A DNA stretch of 64,000 nucleotides, taken from NCBI GenBank assembly GCA_964057225.1, contig OZ059898.1:5332001-5396000 (forward strand), read 5' to 3'. Positions within the stretch are counted from its first letter, which is position 1, and every line of letters begins with the position of its first letter. Shown here one piece after another: positions 26,559 to 40,645 of the stretch. Origin of the DNA: Auanema rhodensis (lineage: Eukaryota; Animalia; Nematoda). The position numbers and the translations under genes were made by a program. Below the pieces are notes generated by a model. The model saw only the letters and a list, made by a program, of their open reading frames with translations. It did not search any database and was not told the DNA's origin.

Positions 26559-27961
26559 ATGACCCGAAATTTGAGCTCCTTCACAAATGATAGCACGATG
26601 GATGAAAAAAAGTAAATAAGCAGTTAATATTTCTAATTTTGTTTTTCTTAAGATTAACTTTAACAACTCCAATTGCTCGAATAGGACAAAAAAGACCTTC
26701 ATTCAGTGGTATAAGATTCGCATATATGTTTTATGAATTTTTTGATATCAGACGTGGATTATTCATATTTTGTTAAATGTGAAAGGAGGCGTTTATTAGC
26801 AGCGGATCCTACTTTAGAACCATCTACTCTTGCTGTTAGAATAGCTCGCAGATACAAACTATTATGTGATCAAAAAAATAGATCTTCTTTCACTGTAAGT
26901 AAATTTATTTTACTTTCCGTTCACTTTTTTTTTCAGAACTATCGTATTGGTAAAGCTGAGGTTGGTGTAAAACGATGTTTCGATGAAAACATGAATAGTT
27001 CATATGGTAGTTGATCTGATCTATTTATATTAACTATTTATAAGTTTAGGCAGTTTCGGTTCTCCTGATAATTCCGGTAAATGTTTATATTTTGTATATT
27101 GTATTTAATTCTTAAATAATAATTTGATTTTTTTCTTTTATGTCATAGATTGGAAAAAACGTTAATCTAATTTTTAAAATTTATTATTTATGTTTATAAA
27201 TTAATGCTTATTAGTTTTAAATCTGTTACCTCTTACTTTAGTCAAGTTATTTCATTTAGAAAATTCTGAGAACTCCAAACGTAGAGTTTCTCAACAAGAT
27301 TATTCTAAGTCAGGTATGAGATTATTACCAATATATCATTACAATATTATATTTAAGATACAGTATCTGCCAATATTGCTGCTGCTTTAGGAATATCTAT
27401 GCTAGATTGTACGGCAAATACAGTAAAGGAGCCCCGAATTCTTCATAACTCATCTAGTAATCCTCGCATTGAATCTTTAGGGAATGTAAGCTATATTAAT
27501 TCTAAATTTTATATACATTACGATCTTGTAGTGCAAGTTATCGCGGGGCTTTATTTCTAAAGTAACGAACCCCTCTTCTATTCAAGTATCAAAGAATGCA
27601 GTGAGTTAAAAGTGCAACTATTATAAAATAGTTTAATTTGTTTTTAGATTGAACCTCCAAAAGTTGATTCTTTGCCAGTTTCTAACAAATCCAATATATC
27701 ACCTGTTCAATCTTCTCATTTAGTACAAAATGTTCCTGCTACTGTAGTTAATACCATAAGCAGGAAAGATAATCTTCGAATGTTTTACTTGGCTTGCTGT
27801 GAGCCAGCTTTTCCTCCTACCTGTGAGATTTTAATGTTATTTTTTTCTGAAGTTTCAAACTTTTTTCAGGTGATGTTCCTGATATTACTCCGTACTCTGC
27901 TAATCACTACTATGATAATTATACCGGAGTTCGAGCCAAAGTCGTTCAATCGCTACTGTAA
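26559..27961 (+). CDS. Divergent HMG-box-like protein with a Ser/Asn-rich low-complexity tail, multi-exon
   Basis: Spliced exons give KRPSFSDVDYSYFVKCERRRLLAADPTLEPSTLAVRIARRYKLL, which fits the HMG-box pattern (KRP..Y..F..E.R..L...P.L....A..Y/W..L). TTTCAG acceptor just upstream of the ATG. Ends AKVVQSLL*. Confidence 0.62.
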
Positions 27962-28439
27962 GCTAATTCGATATTGCTCGTTTTGTTAATTTTCTGCTGA
28001 TTTGTTGAGTTTTGTGCTTGTTTAATTAAAGCTGAACAATTTATCTTTTGAAATTCAGTAAAAATGCTTGTAGCGAAAAAAACCTACTTACCATTCTATA
28101 CATTCTAGTTCTTTAAATTGTTAATTGCTTGTTTTGTTCATTGTTGTTATCTTATGTTGTTTGATTATAGATCGTGATATAGTATTTGATAGTTTTTTTA
28201 ACTTAGTATACTGTGCGTTCAATATTACTCACTTAATCCAATCGTTTTGTTAGTTTGGAAAAAATACTTAGAGACTTTTATCTATTCTGATGTTGTTACT
28301 TTTTTATATTTCTTCGTTTTATATTCTTGGATTGTCAAGTTGTATATTTTTGTTACATGAACTATCAGTAGATTTATTTTGAGATCCAAACATAACCGCC
28401 TAATAATAAGACCCGTGTTTTAATAGAGGGAATCTTTAG

Positions 28440-31400
28440 TCATAGAATGACTCCATTTAATTCTATAACGGTCTCTGCTTTTGATGATTTTTCTGCTGAT
28501 GTTTCTTCTTTCATCCAAGAATGGACCATTCCCATATGTGCTGACATAGCCTAAGAAAAAATATAAATGCTACGTAAAGTAATATATTGGGTACCTGTAG
28601 AGCTCCTTGTCGTATAGTTAAAAATTGCTTTTTTTTGCTATCTATTATATTCGAGTGAGCTCTTCGAATTGATTTGTTCATCGCTGTTAATATAATAGGA
28701 TATGCTGTGCATGATACATAAGGCAAAAGATGCGTGAACGTTGAAATTACCACAATCCATCTAAATGATACATATGATTATAAATAATTTATAAACGATT
28801 CACAAACCTATTTACAATATTGACAAAAGATAAAAACCAGAATAGTGTCCAGTATGGAGTCCAGCAAGCGAGGTAGACAACCACAAAAGCAGTTACAGTT
28901 CGGCGAACTCTAGTCAACGAGTGATCATTTAAACGGTTACTAGCTGAAAGTTAATATAAATTATAATTTGATTTTATGACTTTTTAATCAGATTTTTAAA
29001 AATTGTGAAGATATAAATTCACATTATTAGATTATTGAGATCAGATTGAAAATGTTCCAAGAAATCTCAAAGTTCTAGATGACTATATGATTTGTACTAG
29101 GATGGATCAAAGAACTATTTAAGGCTTATGAATGAAAAATGTAATAAGAAATGTAGTAATAATATTAATTGTTATTGCTTTTTATTTCTAAAGATTCTGT
29201 GGACACATCAGATCTTTAAACGTTTAAAAGTCATGATCAATGGATATAAGTGTAAACGTTTCTTTTTGTTTACAACTTTTCTTATATCAAAGAAGAAATT
29301 TCACAAGTTTAGTATGCCAAATTAGAAAAAAACAATAGAAAGAAGAGTCATCTATCACGTGCATGTGTGGCAATCAAACCAAAAGTCAAGCCAACCAATG
29401 TATTTTTAGAACATTTTGGCTAAATTTTAAAATGAATCACTAGTAATAAGAATGAAGAAAAAACAATTTGCACTTAACAACATTTAAATTTTAAGATTAG
29501 ATTCAAATTAAAGTAAAAAATTTCAAAAATGAAAAGTTTTATAAATTTTTTAAAATTTTTTTATTTGAGAATAAACTTTAATATTTTATTTAACCTAGTT
29601 AAAAAAAAAAAGAAAAAAGTGCAGGCAATACTTTAGGCCAAGGTTATACTTCATTGATTCAAAAAAAATCTTTGTGGTTTTGTTAAATAAAAATTAAAAA
29701 CGAATGTATAAAAAGATTATTATGTTAGTAAACGGCAAACCTTGATTACTTTGAATAGTGGAATAACGTCTTCGTAATATTATTGGAACATTTAAATAGA
29801 AATATACATAAGAAGCACTGGTCATAATATAACCAACCACAAAAGCCAACAAATTAAATACAGCTTCTATAAAAGATAATTATATCATGTTTATTCCAGG
29901 TTCTCCTCACGATAATACATTGGCGGATTAAAGTTGCAAACAGTTATATGCATTATAGATCCTTTTCTACTCAGTTTATATGTATTAATTTCAGCAAAGA
30001 AAGCAACAAAAACCTTCAAATAAATAATGCAAAGTGTATTAGTTTTCAATTCAAGACTTACCATAAGAACGCCAATTGACACAAACGCAATAATACAAGC
30101 AAATCTATGATAACAATCCATTAAATTTTTTGTGGAACTATGCAATAAAACTGCTCTGAAATACTTTATTTATGTAAAAAAGTAATATTTCTTGATATAC
30201 CTGTATGATACTCGACTAATTTGTACAAGTCCAAGTGGAATAACGAACTTATTGATAACTTCAATTCCGTAAAATATCTGAAAAAGTTTATTGGCATATT
30301 AGTGGTTCAAAATTTTTTATCAACATTACCTTACAAACTGAGCTTCCAAAAAGCCATTGATCCATTAATCGGAAATGAACAAGCAATATCAAATCGACAA
30401 GGACTAATAAATCTGCCACACAAATGAATAAGATGCAGTACATAATTTGTCTTGGAACAGTATATGTTCGGTCGAACAATAACACAATCCCTACCTTAAA
30501 AATATTTTTTATACAAAATCAAAATAGCTTTTGATATAAATATAGAAATTTTTGTATTTGATAAGTATGTTTTAAAGTTTCTATATTAGTTACTAACAAA
30601 TTCATACTTTTCGGATATAAAGTTTACAAGAAAATGCTTAGATGTTGTTATCCCGACAGAGCTGTGACATGTGCTTATTACACGTTTTCAATCTAGTTTA
30701 TAATATTTAAATTCCGTAAAATTGATATCTCTGATTGTAACACATAATTAAAATTTCATACTATAAATATTATTTCATGGAACAAGCGTTTTAGGAGTAA
30801 ACACTTGACTTCTCTGAAAATAAAAGCATGTGAATGAGAGACGAGATGCATATAATATATCTCAGCCTTTAACTTTCACACTTGTTCTTCCTTTGCTTTC
30901 ATCTATTGAGACTTCGCTTTTATTACATTTGATTTCTTTTTGATTCTCAGAAGAATACATCTAATTGCAATTCACTGAAGAATCTTAAAGACGAGTATTC
31001 ATACTTTTCTTTATTTTTGTTATCAAATTTACTAAAAACAAATACTAGGTTTAACTGAAATATACAACATTCACCCAACATTCATTGTTACAATTTCATC
31101 TACTTATTTTAAAAACTTACTTTCCATGCGACCCATAGATTACCACAAACTCCAACAATAATTGTTATTATATAAGCAGATGTATTAAATAGTTGTAAGT
31201 CATCTATAAGGTTCCTCGAGACATGTGTCACATTGGACATGCCTAAACGTGGAAAATTTAAAAAAAGTCAAGAAAATGTAAAATTAGAATAGGAAGGATT
31301 TATGGAATGAAAAACAGGTAAAGAGTGTACAATTAGGAATGTCAATTACTAAAAATAATCCGATTAAAGAGTGAAAATAATAAATTTCAATGTTCAACCT

Positions 31401-32321
31401 ATCCATGAATGTTGAAAAGAAAGGAATATAATAGCGATGAATTCTAAGTGTTTATGTGGTGTGGATATGACAACCAACTGTTTCAAAATTGCACTATTAT
31501 ACCAGTACATAGAAAATTTAAATCATGGAAAGATGTACTATTTACAATAAATATTAATATTTATATATTATTCTTAACTATATATACGTATATATTATAT
31601 AATAAATTGCGTAAAAAAAAAGAATTTAAATTTAAATCTCATATATACATATCTGCTCATAGCATCGGCATGTATATATGTACATATATATGCATTATGT
31701 ATTGAATATATCCAGGGTGTCTAGATGTAAAATATTGTTTTGGCCAAATAAAAATATTATTCTTAGTTTAACAATAAAATATAACGAGATATCACATACA
31801 TAGATGTATATGTATATGCTAAAAAATCGGCAAAAAGTACTGTTATCAATTACATTGCAGTAATTTTTATTAATAGAATTGATAGTTCAAGTAAAAAAAA
31901 AATAAGAATGTATTTTGTTGTGAGCGGATAGGAAAATTGAAATGAAACAACAAATATATAAATATAGATAATATATAGTTAATAGGAATATAGAGAAGAA
32001 AAATTATTGGGAAAAGTTGAAAAGTAATCAAGGACATATTATTAAGACTCGCACATAATAGTAAACAAAAATATTTTATTTTACACCTAATTAAATAAAA
32101 ACTGTTTTTTTAAATTTTATAATGAAGCATTCATATCTTTGACTAAGGATTAAGCAAAAAAATAAATACGGGAGAGAAGGAAGCAAATTTTAAAATAACG
32201 CAATATTATAGGGAAGATGTACAAGTAATGAAGTTAGAATGCATTTTTTCAATCATATACATAAATCCGTTTTGTTCTGAATAAGTTTAGTTTTATAAGA
32301 AGTATACTAAAGTTTCAAATG

Positions 32322-32359
<38 letters not shown>

Positions 32360-33250
32360 GTAAAGTGGTCATGCTCAATGTTTCAAAAATGTGAAACTAA
32401 TGATTTCGTTGAATTTACTTTTCCTTGTATTATTATTATGAACAATTGGCCATTTCCGAAAAATGGAGAAACTTTCCATTGCTTCTACTCCATTTTTCTT
32501 AGCACAATTATGAATCTTTTTTGTTCTAAAAAATGTAATAAATCAAAGAAAATGAGAAAAAGCTGCTCATATAACCGAATTTGATAGGTCAACAATGCAA
32601 AAGATGTCTGGTTTTCACTTTTTAAGCAATTCAAGCAATAAGTAGAGCGTTTAAATTGACATATTTACATCATTAAGTAACTTAGCAAAATTTCTAGTTG
32701 ATTGACTCAAGTTTAGATGATACGTTTCTCATTTTGTTAGTTTTAGCTGTTTGATGCTTTTAGCATGCTATTATTACAATTCAGCTTAAGATATGGGGGT
32801 AAGAAAAAATAAATTTAGGTAGACAACTTTATAAACGACGTTGTGAAAAAGAAAATATCTATAAGTGTAACACAAAAAAATGGTCCAAATTCTGAAAGAG
32901 AGTTTGTTTTATCAAGGATTGAAAAAAAAAACGAAAACAGAGCTGTTTTAGATGATTTTGGCAACATTCTGATGGTATTAGAGAGAAAAAAGAAGATAAA
33001 TAGAGGTGCAGAAAAAGAAAAACACTTGGTTTTGCCATAACAAGATTTAGTTGTGATATAGATAGTGAGATAGTAATAATTTGTTTAAACTACTATTTTC
33101 TAATTGTGTTCAACATTCATAATCATTTTACAAGAGGAAACACTAAACACTAAATAAGAAAGATGAAAAATAGCTATACATCTGCTGTATTGAAAATAAA
33201 CCTATTAAGAATTTCAAACCTGTTGCCAACAGATAGATATCTTCTAACAT
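28440..33250 (-). CDS. Class A (rhodopsin-like) peptide-receptor-like GPCR, multi-exon
   Basis: TM1 VGVCGNLWV, TM2 ICVADLL, ECL1 WLFGSSVCK, TM5 GYIMTSASY, TM6 YLACWTPYW, TM7 LPYVSCTAYPII. The first exon MLEDIYLLATG is phase-compatible but tentative. Confidence 0.85.
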
Positions 33251-36200
33251 GAAAATGTGCCTGGCGTTCACGTTCGTACTTCAATAAATCGCCTCCAGGC
33301 TCTGAGGACGACGCTTAGGAGGCGGATATACGGCTGACTGCGCTCTGGGCCTACCAGCTATGATAAAGAGTCCCGGACACAATGCATACACTTCAAAAAG
33401 AATCTTGAAGTTCTGCATTATAAGGAAGTTCAGAAAACCATAGAAGACGATTCTAATGAATATAAGTTGAGAATAGAAACATTAAATGTCAAGACTATGA
33501 TTTAGCTTTCCATTTTTACATTCCTTCCTCAACCAAATTTAGAACTTGAGTTTCTGTTTAAAGCAAATTTCTTTTTCTTAGAGTTTGTAAGTTTTAAAAA
33601 AATCATCTTTCAATAAAAAAAACTACAAATTTATATATGCTTTTTGAAACCTGATAACTCGAAAGGCTTTAGACAAAACATAGTGAGTCAAGCTTTTGGC
33701 TAATTTAAGGCGATTACAGCATACGACAAGTTGAACGTACTTATAAAAAGCCAAATAAGCTAGATAAATTGAGAATCAGTTCAGAAATAGCTTGGAACGG
33801 ATAAATAAAATTAAAGTTATGATGTACATACATATTTAGGTATTTGAGTATAAATAAAGTGTTCATTTTAAGTTACTAAATTATATGAAAGACAACAATA
33901 GAAGTTATAATTGTGAATTCGAATGAAATAAAACTTAAACAAGTAATACACAGTATTGAGAAGATTCTTTCCTAGGAAGAAATGTCCATTATTTTAGAAG
34001 ATATCAAATGAAGAAGCAATATCTCATATAACACTAAATTGATGGATTGAAAAGAGCTATCGTTGCTCAGAAAAAAATAAACACTTTTGGAAGATGAGAA
34101 GAGGTATAAGAACATAAATATTCACAGAAACAAATAGTTGGAAAGCATTTGCATGGCTTTTGCGCAGGTAAGATCAGCATTTGGAAGCCGTGAGGGAAGG
34201 ATGTGCTTCATAGTAAAAAGGAAATGAGGGGTGAGTAACCGGAGGTACAGAGAACAATGGATTCAGTAGTCAGAAGTTGCATATAGACCAACTTTAAATG
34301 ACGTATGACTTTTGACTTGTTCATGCGATGTTTCTTTTCTATGGAGCAAAAAAAGACGGCATGCATATGGGCTGATCATAATTTCAACAACAAGGTTCAT
34401 CTTCAGCAACATGAGAAAAAACAGAAATTTGTTACCGATTTAGTATTATTGTATACAAAAATAAGAAAATAATTTAAAATTTCTCATGTTATATGACATT
34501 CCATGAACGTACACATACATATTACATACATATGTATATGTACATATGCTATCAGAGATCAAGTATCAAACGAGTGTTCTTGTTAAGGGAAATGATGAAT
34601 CTTGTTCGGTTTAATATGCCGTTGTTTAGCAGACAACATATAGATGGAGGACTCGAAATGAAATCAGAAAAGCAAACTATGTATGGTCTCTTTGGTTTGT
34701 AATCAAGTACGGCAGACGAACTCACAAGTAATGGAGCATATTTGTATTTTCACATACTGCATAGATTTAAAAGCTTAATTCGATTATATAATTCGTATGA
34801 TACGCCTCAAAATTTTAAATAATTTCTTGTTCACTCTCTATTTTCATTGAATTATAAATATAATAGAGGGATTGAGAGCGTCTGCTCCCTCTTTCACTCT
34901 CATGCTTCTTATCCTTTTCTTTAAATCGGATACGTTCCCTCCCCTCTTTTTTTTGAAGTATACATATCACTCACTTGAACACAACTCTTCCATTGAAAAC
35001 AACTAATAATACAACTTATTTTCATCTAAGTCATATTGAATTCATTTCAAATAATGAATTTGAATTTTTTTCAAAATAGCTTTAACTGCAAAACTCGACA
35101 AGTTCATAGTGAGTTCGAGCTTAACCCATAACCTGAATTTCAATAAGGTCATTTATGACGAATGAATATTTATATGTATGTTATAATTAAGTTCCTATTC
35201 TTTAACTTTATTTTGAAAGGTTTATCAGCATACATTTAGACAAACAACATAGGAATCCGATTAGCTTAAGGAATTCGACATCCTTTTCTAATCCCTAAAA
35301 ACAGTTGGATTTGAAAGCATAAACATCGGTTATCAGCTTATTTTTGCTTTAAATTTCCTGAATTCTATTTTTCTGCATAGAAGGTTTTTATATACATATA
35401 TTTATCATATTTAAGAAAAAAGTTTCAATCCTTATCAGATTTATAAAAACGCCAACTTTGATATGAGTTTTGGATTTGAAACTTGAAACGCATCAAATCT
35501 TCGAGAATGAAATTGTTACACTTTTGCATTGATATTGATGCTGATATGATATTGATAAGAGCAAGATTTAAGACCAAATTTTGAGCTAACGTATTATAGT
35601 TATGATGTACAATATCTGCGAAAATGGTAGAGATACCATTATTCAATTTATATTGATATAATATAGTATAACATGTTTGAAAATGAATCAAATTCAACAA
35701 ATACATACATATAAATCTTAGCAAAATATAAAAGTAAAATGTAAAAATGTGTTTTTTTCAATTTCTTCAGCCATAACCAACTATGATTAAAGCTGTGGGG
35801 AGCATAAGGAAATCAAACGAAGATGAAGATGAAAAAATAACGTGATGTTGAGGTGGTGAAAAAAAAAACATAGTGAGCTGATAAAATAAAAAGTAAAAAT
35901 CAAGACATGGACCAAATAGAAAACTCCTACTTCCCAATTCCTTGGAAGAATGTCGACAATCAGTGTTTTTCACAATGAGGATCAGACAAGCGACAAATCG
36001 AAAATCCTCCTTTCTACTTAAGAATACATAGTTTGATTATATTGTTTTTTTCAAATATCTTTGTCAGTTGACGTGAGAAATTACAAAATAAATACAAATT
36101 TTATAACAATAATTTCCATATTAGCTGTTATAAAATGAAGAATTTTCCTGAAACAATGTAAATATACATATAAGCCATTTTGTAAATCTAAGTTTCGGAT

Positions 36201-37311
36201 CAAGAAAACAAATTTATGCAAATCTGAAATATAAAGACTGTTTCTTAAGTTATTCACAAGATATTCATGAGGATCGGTTTCACACTGTGCGGCAAACATG
36301 AATTGAATCCTCTCTACGTATTGTTATGTTTATAAGAAACTAGATAAAGTCCAGATAACTAAAAATTTTGCCTATCAATCACAGTTTCCATCAATTGCTA
36401 AAAAGCAAAATGTCATTCACAATAAAGAACATCGTTTTCGTACAAGCGCTTGATTCGGCAAGAATGAGCAAATGAGAAAATTGTGAAATTATTTGAAAAA
36501 TTAGGAATGACGTGATGAAGCAATGTGTCAACTATATTACATCTAATAATATGGTTTGACTTGAAGTTTAGTTGAACATTTCGTTAAGTAAAATGTAATA
36601 TTTGGTTTCTTCTTGTTACGTATCTTATTAGTAAAAAGATATAATTATAAGATATTCATTTACAAGATAAAACGCATATTAAAAATAAGAAAATTAGCCC
36701 CCATACTTGTGGGGGAGGAGGGTGTGGGTAATTGAAATGAAATATTAATCTTTTAAATTCATCAAAATACACATTAGACGCATATTGTTAGAATTGATAC
36801 TAGAACACGAAATAAATATATTTATTTAGACTTTATAACATATGTATATATATATATATCAATATTATACTTTCAATATTTCAATTATGTTAATAGATGT
36901 TTATATATATTAAAGACAAGATTTCAATAAATAAATACATGAAAATTAAAATGTACTAAGAGTACTGTAAATTTTGTTGAGCAGAAAATAAATTCAAATA
37001 TGACACATAAACACAACAATAATTCAGAACTGATTTTTGAACTTGTTTTTAAGTGTTCATAAGCTCTTTCAACAAAAAATATCTATATGAAAAGTGTATT
37101 GAAAAGGTTTTGTTCAAAAGGAAAGATGCGAAAATGTCTATTTCAAAGTTATTGACGGACGAAATCCTGACAGGCAATCTGTCAGATTTACTCTTTAGAT
37201 GCTTCTTAGTCCTATAATGATAAATGGAAAATGATAGAGATCCTGAGAAAAATGTTTTAAGTTTAATGGAATGTAATGATAACATACAGATAAGTAGTAT
37301 ATCAAAGGTTT

Positions 37312-37457
37312 ACGCGAGATGGTCATTTTGCCCAAATGAAGAAGAAGATATTTCGAGTTCAAACTGGAAAAGGAGCAAATTCAACAATTTTTCTTCATCT
37401 TACACATTGTCCTCCATCCATCATCGTTTTTATTGTTAGTTTTAATATCTTATCCAT
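37312..37457 (-). pseudogene. Truncated inverted copy of the 5' end of the Ubl/AN1 zinc-finger gene
   Basis: Mirror of exon 1, intron 1 and the start of exon 2: MDKILKLTIKTMMDGGQC|FELEISSSS, then junction-derived FGQNDHLA*. Confidence 0.7.
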
Positions 37458-39412
37458 TTCTCCAAACTAATATAGCTAAATTTTTAATTACTTCAAAGGT
37501 ATTATACAGAAAGCGAGTAAACCAATTAAGATAATAGGTAGAGTTGAAAATGAATATCACGCACGTGAAAGTAATAAAAGAGAATAGTTATTGAATATTA
37601 TTAATATTGAATAAGATAAATTGAACAATTTTCTTCTTTAGAACTAAAAAAAGAAGATTGAAAAGGTATACGATGGGCAAAATTTTAAAAAAACTAACGT
37701 AAACGAACGCAAGTGCATGTATTATATATGAATAATTAAATAACTTTTACGTGAGACTCACGTGTCAACCTCATTCGCTTTAGTATGCACACGATTCGTC
37801 TACCAAATACTAGTACAGTGATACTTGATAAGATCTATTATATTAAAATTTCATTTTAGTATTAAGATGTAAATGCAACTATTATATTGTAATTATCTTC
37901 ACAATAGCAACTATTGTTTTATTCAAATTGTACATTAGCAAGGGTTTAATATAATAAATTTTTTATAAATCTTTATAATATTGGGAATAGTTTCTTTTCT
38001 CTTTATTAACAAAAGGATTGATAGGCCATTTTCATATAATGTATCTATTCTTATTTAGTTGTTCCTTGAAATACATCATAAAGAGTTCGTATACCTGAGT
38101 AGTATATAAAAGGTTGAGGCGAGATGGTCATTTTGCCCAAATGACGCTTTTTACACTTTTTGATCATTTTCAGGCCTTATTTTTTTAAAAATGTGTTTAC
38201 ATTCAACAAAAATACGTCATTTGTGAAAAAAGTCATTTTTTGACCATATAGTCATTTGCCCATTTTGCCCATTTCATAATTATTGATCATTTCAAACAAT
38301 TTTAAGGTAATATATGAAATTTCATAGATCCAAAGAATCTGCTTCGCAAACTCCTTCAGGAGTGCCTGAGAATCTAAGATTCGATAAAAAGCTACCAAGT
38401 CTAACAAATATTGATCTTGAAGAACTTGTAAAAGTACTTGAAATCAAGAATTTTCATTTGGTACATTTATGCGAGACATGGGCAAAATGGGCAAATGACT
38501 ATATGGTCAAAAAATGACTTTTTTCACAAATGACGTATTTTTGTTGAATGTAAACACATTTTTAAAAAAATAAGGCCTGAAAATGATCAAAAAGTGTAAA
38601 AAGCGTCATTTGGGCAAAATGACCATCTCGCCTCAACCTTTTATATACTACTCAGGTATACGAACTCTTTATGATGTATTTCAAGGAACAACTAAATAAG
38701 AATAGATACATTATATGAAAATGGCCTATCAATCCTTTTGTTAATAAAGAGAAAAGAAACTATTCCCAATATTATAAAGATTTATAAAAAATTTATTATA
38801 TTAAACCCTTGCTAATGTACAATTTGAATAAAACAATAGTTGCTATTGTGAAGATAATTACAATATAATAGTTGCATTTACATCTTAATACTAAAATGAA
38901 ATTTTAATATAATAGATCTTATCAAGTATCACTGTACTAGTATTTGGTAGACGAATCGTGTGCATACTAAAGCGAATGAGGTTGACACGTGAGTCTCACG
39001 TAAAAGTTATTTAATTATTCATATATAATACATGCACTTGCGTTCGTTTACGTTAGTTTTTTTAAAATTTTGCCCATCGTATACCTTTTCAATCTTCTTT
39101 TTTTAGTTCTAAAGAAGAAAATTGTTCAATTTATCTTATTCAATATTAATAATATTCAATAACTATTCTCTTTTATTACTTTCACGTGCGTGATATTCAT
39201 TTTCAACTCTACCTATTATCTTAATTGGTTTACTCGCTTTCTGTATAATACCTTTGAAGTAATTAAAAATTTAGCTATATTAGTTTGGAGAAATGGATAA
39301 GATATTAAAACTAACAATAAAAACGATGATGGATGGAGGACAATGTGTAAGATGAAGAAAAATTGTTGAATTTGCTCCTTTTCCAGTTTGAACTCGAAAT
39401 ATCTTCTTCTTC
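37338..39412. repeat. Large inverted repeat: arms 37338-38272 and 38478-39412 (935 bp), spacer 205 bp
   Basis: The arms are reverse complements at both ends and at internal spot checks. The coordinate sum is constant (76750), so there is no net indel. Confidence 0.95.
38098..38652. mobile_element. Putative non-autonomous foldback/MITE-like element (about 175-bp terminal inverted repeats, 205-bp core) at the centre of the palindrome
   Basis: The inner arms carry reiterated GTCATTT/CATTTTGCCC submotifs. A slightly diverged 47-bp copy of the terminus at 37293-37339 marks the likely original left end. No TSD or transposase is visible. Confidence 0.5.
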
Positions 39413-40645
39413 CACAATTAGGGATTTGAAAGCTGCTATCTTTCTTAAGACACATATATCACCATCAGAGCAAGTTCTGATTCATAGAAAAAGCCAGCTG
39501 AGGTTTATAGACATGCACTCATTGATACTTGAACATTATGCTTTGAAGATTGGATGATCAATCTTTTGAAAGCATTGGTATTAATGAAAATAGTGTGATT
39601 ACAATGAACACTGTTATATCAACAGGATTAACCAAGTATATTAAATATTATAATCTTTAAAGACATTTATTCACATTTTGTATTGTAGTTCTTCAAACAA
39701 AGTTTCGGATCAAGTTTTGGAGAATATTGCTCAACTCTTATCTACTGATGGCCGATCAACATTGGCCATAATGGATGCAAAAGCGTATAATTTGTTTCAA
39801 AATCCATCGTATTTAAAGCATTCATCCATATTGAAGATCGAGAAAAAAACAGAAGAAAAAGAAAAACAAGATAAGTGATGAACTTCAAGCTGAGAATCAA
39901 CTGATAAAGTCACGTATGATTGTAAGAATATTATACGTAGATTGAAGCAAAAAGGTGTTAAAACAGGATGTTCAAAACAGACGGAAACTGAATAAGCGAC
40001 ATCTAAATTCTCAAATACCAAGTACTAACTCTATTAGTCTGCCGTCTTCCTTATCCTCCTCTTCCTCGAAGTTAGTAATAGTTTTGCTTATAATAACTAC
40101 AACTCATTTCTTATTCAGCATATCCATTCGCTCTACTTCAATTAATTCTTCCGACATTTCATTGAATAGCGATTCCAATGCTAACGTATTATTAATTACA
40201 TTATTTATTTTGTTAAAGAACATTTGCAATGTAATTTGGTTTCAGTTTAATTCTTCCGATAATTCTAATTCTGCTAGCACTAGTAGTGTTCGTGAAGAAT
40301 GTAAAGATAGTTCAGCAGAAGGTTCAATTGAGCTTGAAAAATGGAAATGTCAGGTAATGTGATATCTCGGCAGCAATGACGTAATAATGTAAGCTATAGC
40401 TCAAGAATTGTGGTAGAAAGCTCTCGCTAACCGAACAATCCATGACGTGTCGATGTGAAAAGTCGTTTTGTTTTAAACATCGTGGACCGGAAACCCATTT
40501 ATGCCCTATTGACTACAAACAAATCGAAAGAGAAAAGCTTCGAAAGGTATAATTAAAGCTTGATCGTTCATGATTAATTGGTTGGAACCCCTAGGAAAAT
40601 CCAAAAGTCGATTCACGGACGTGTGGTAAGCATCTGAATTCCTGA
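39293..40645 (+). CDS. Ubiquitin-like domain + AN1-type zinc finger protein (ZFAND4/ANUBL1-like)
   Basis: N-terminal Ubl (LTIKTM..FELEISSSSTIRDLKAAI..ISPSEQVLI..LDDQSFESIGINENSVI), a Ser-rich linker, and an AN1 finger C..CGRKL....TCRCEKSFCFKHRGPETHLCPIDYK..RKENPKV. Confidence 0.88.

Noticed and set aside
33265-33385. GC-rich block with CCTAAGC on the minus strand as a telomerase RNA template
   Set aside because: Only a 7-nt match to the TTAGGC complement, no H/ACA domain, and it sits in the GPCR leader/promoter.
37268-37290. TGGAATGTAA resembling the miR-1 5' end
   Set aside because: The 3' half does not match miR-1 and no partner arm is evident.
38314-38517. 67-aa ORF in the palindrome core as a transposase remnant
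   Set aside because: No DDE, HTH or other recognisable motif, and it runs into the inverted repeat.
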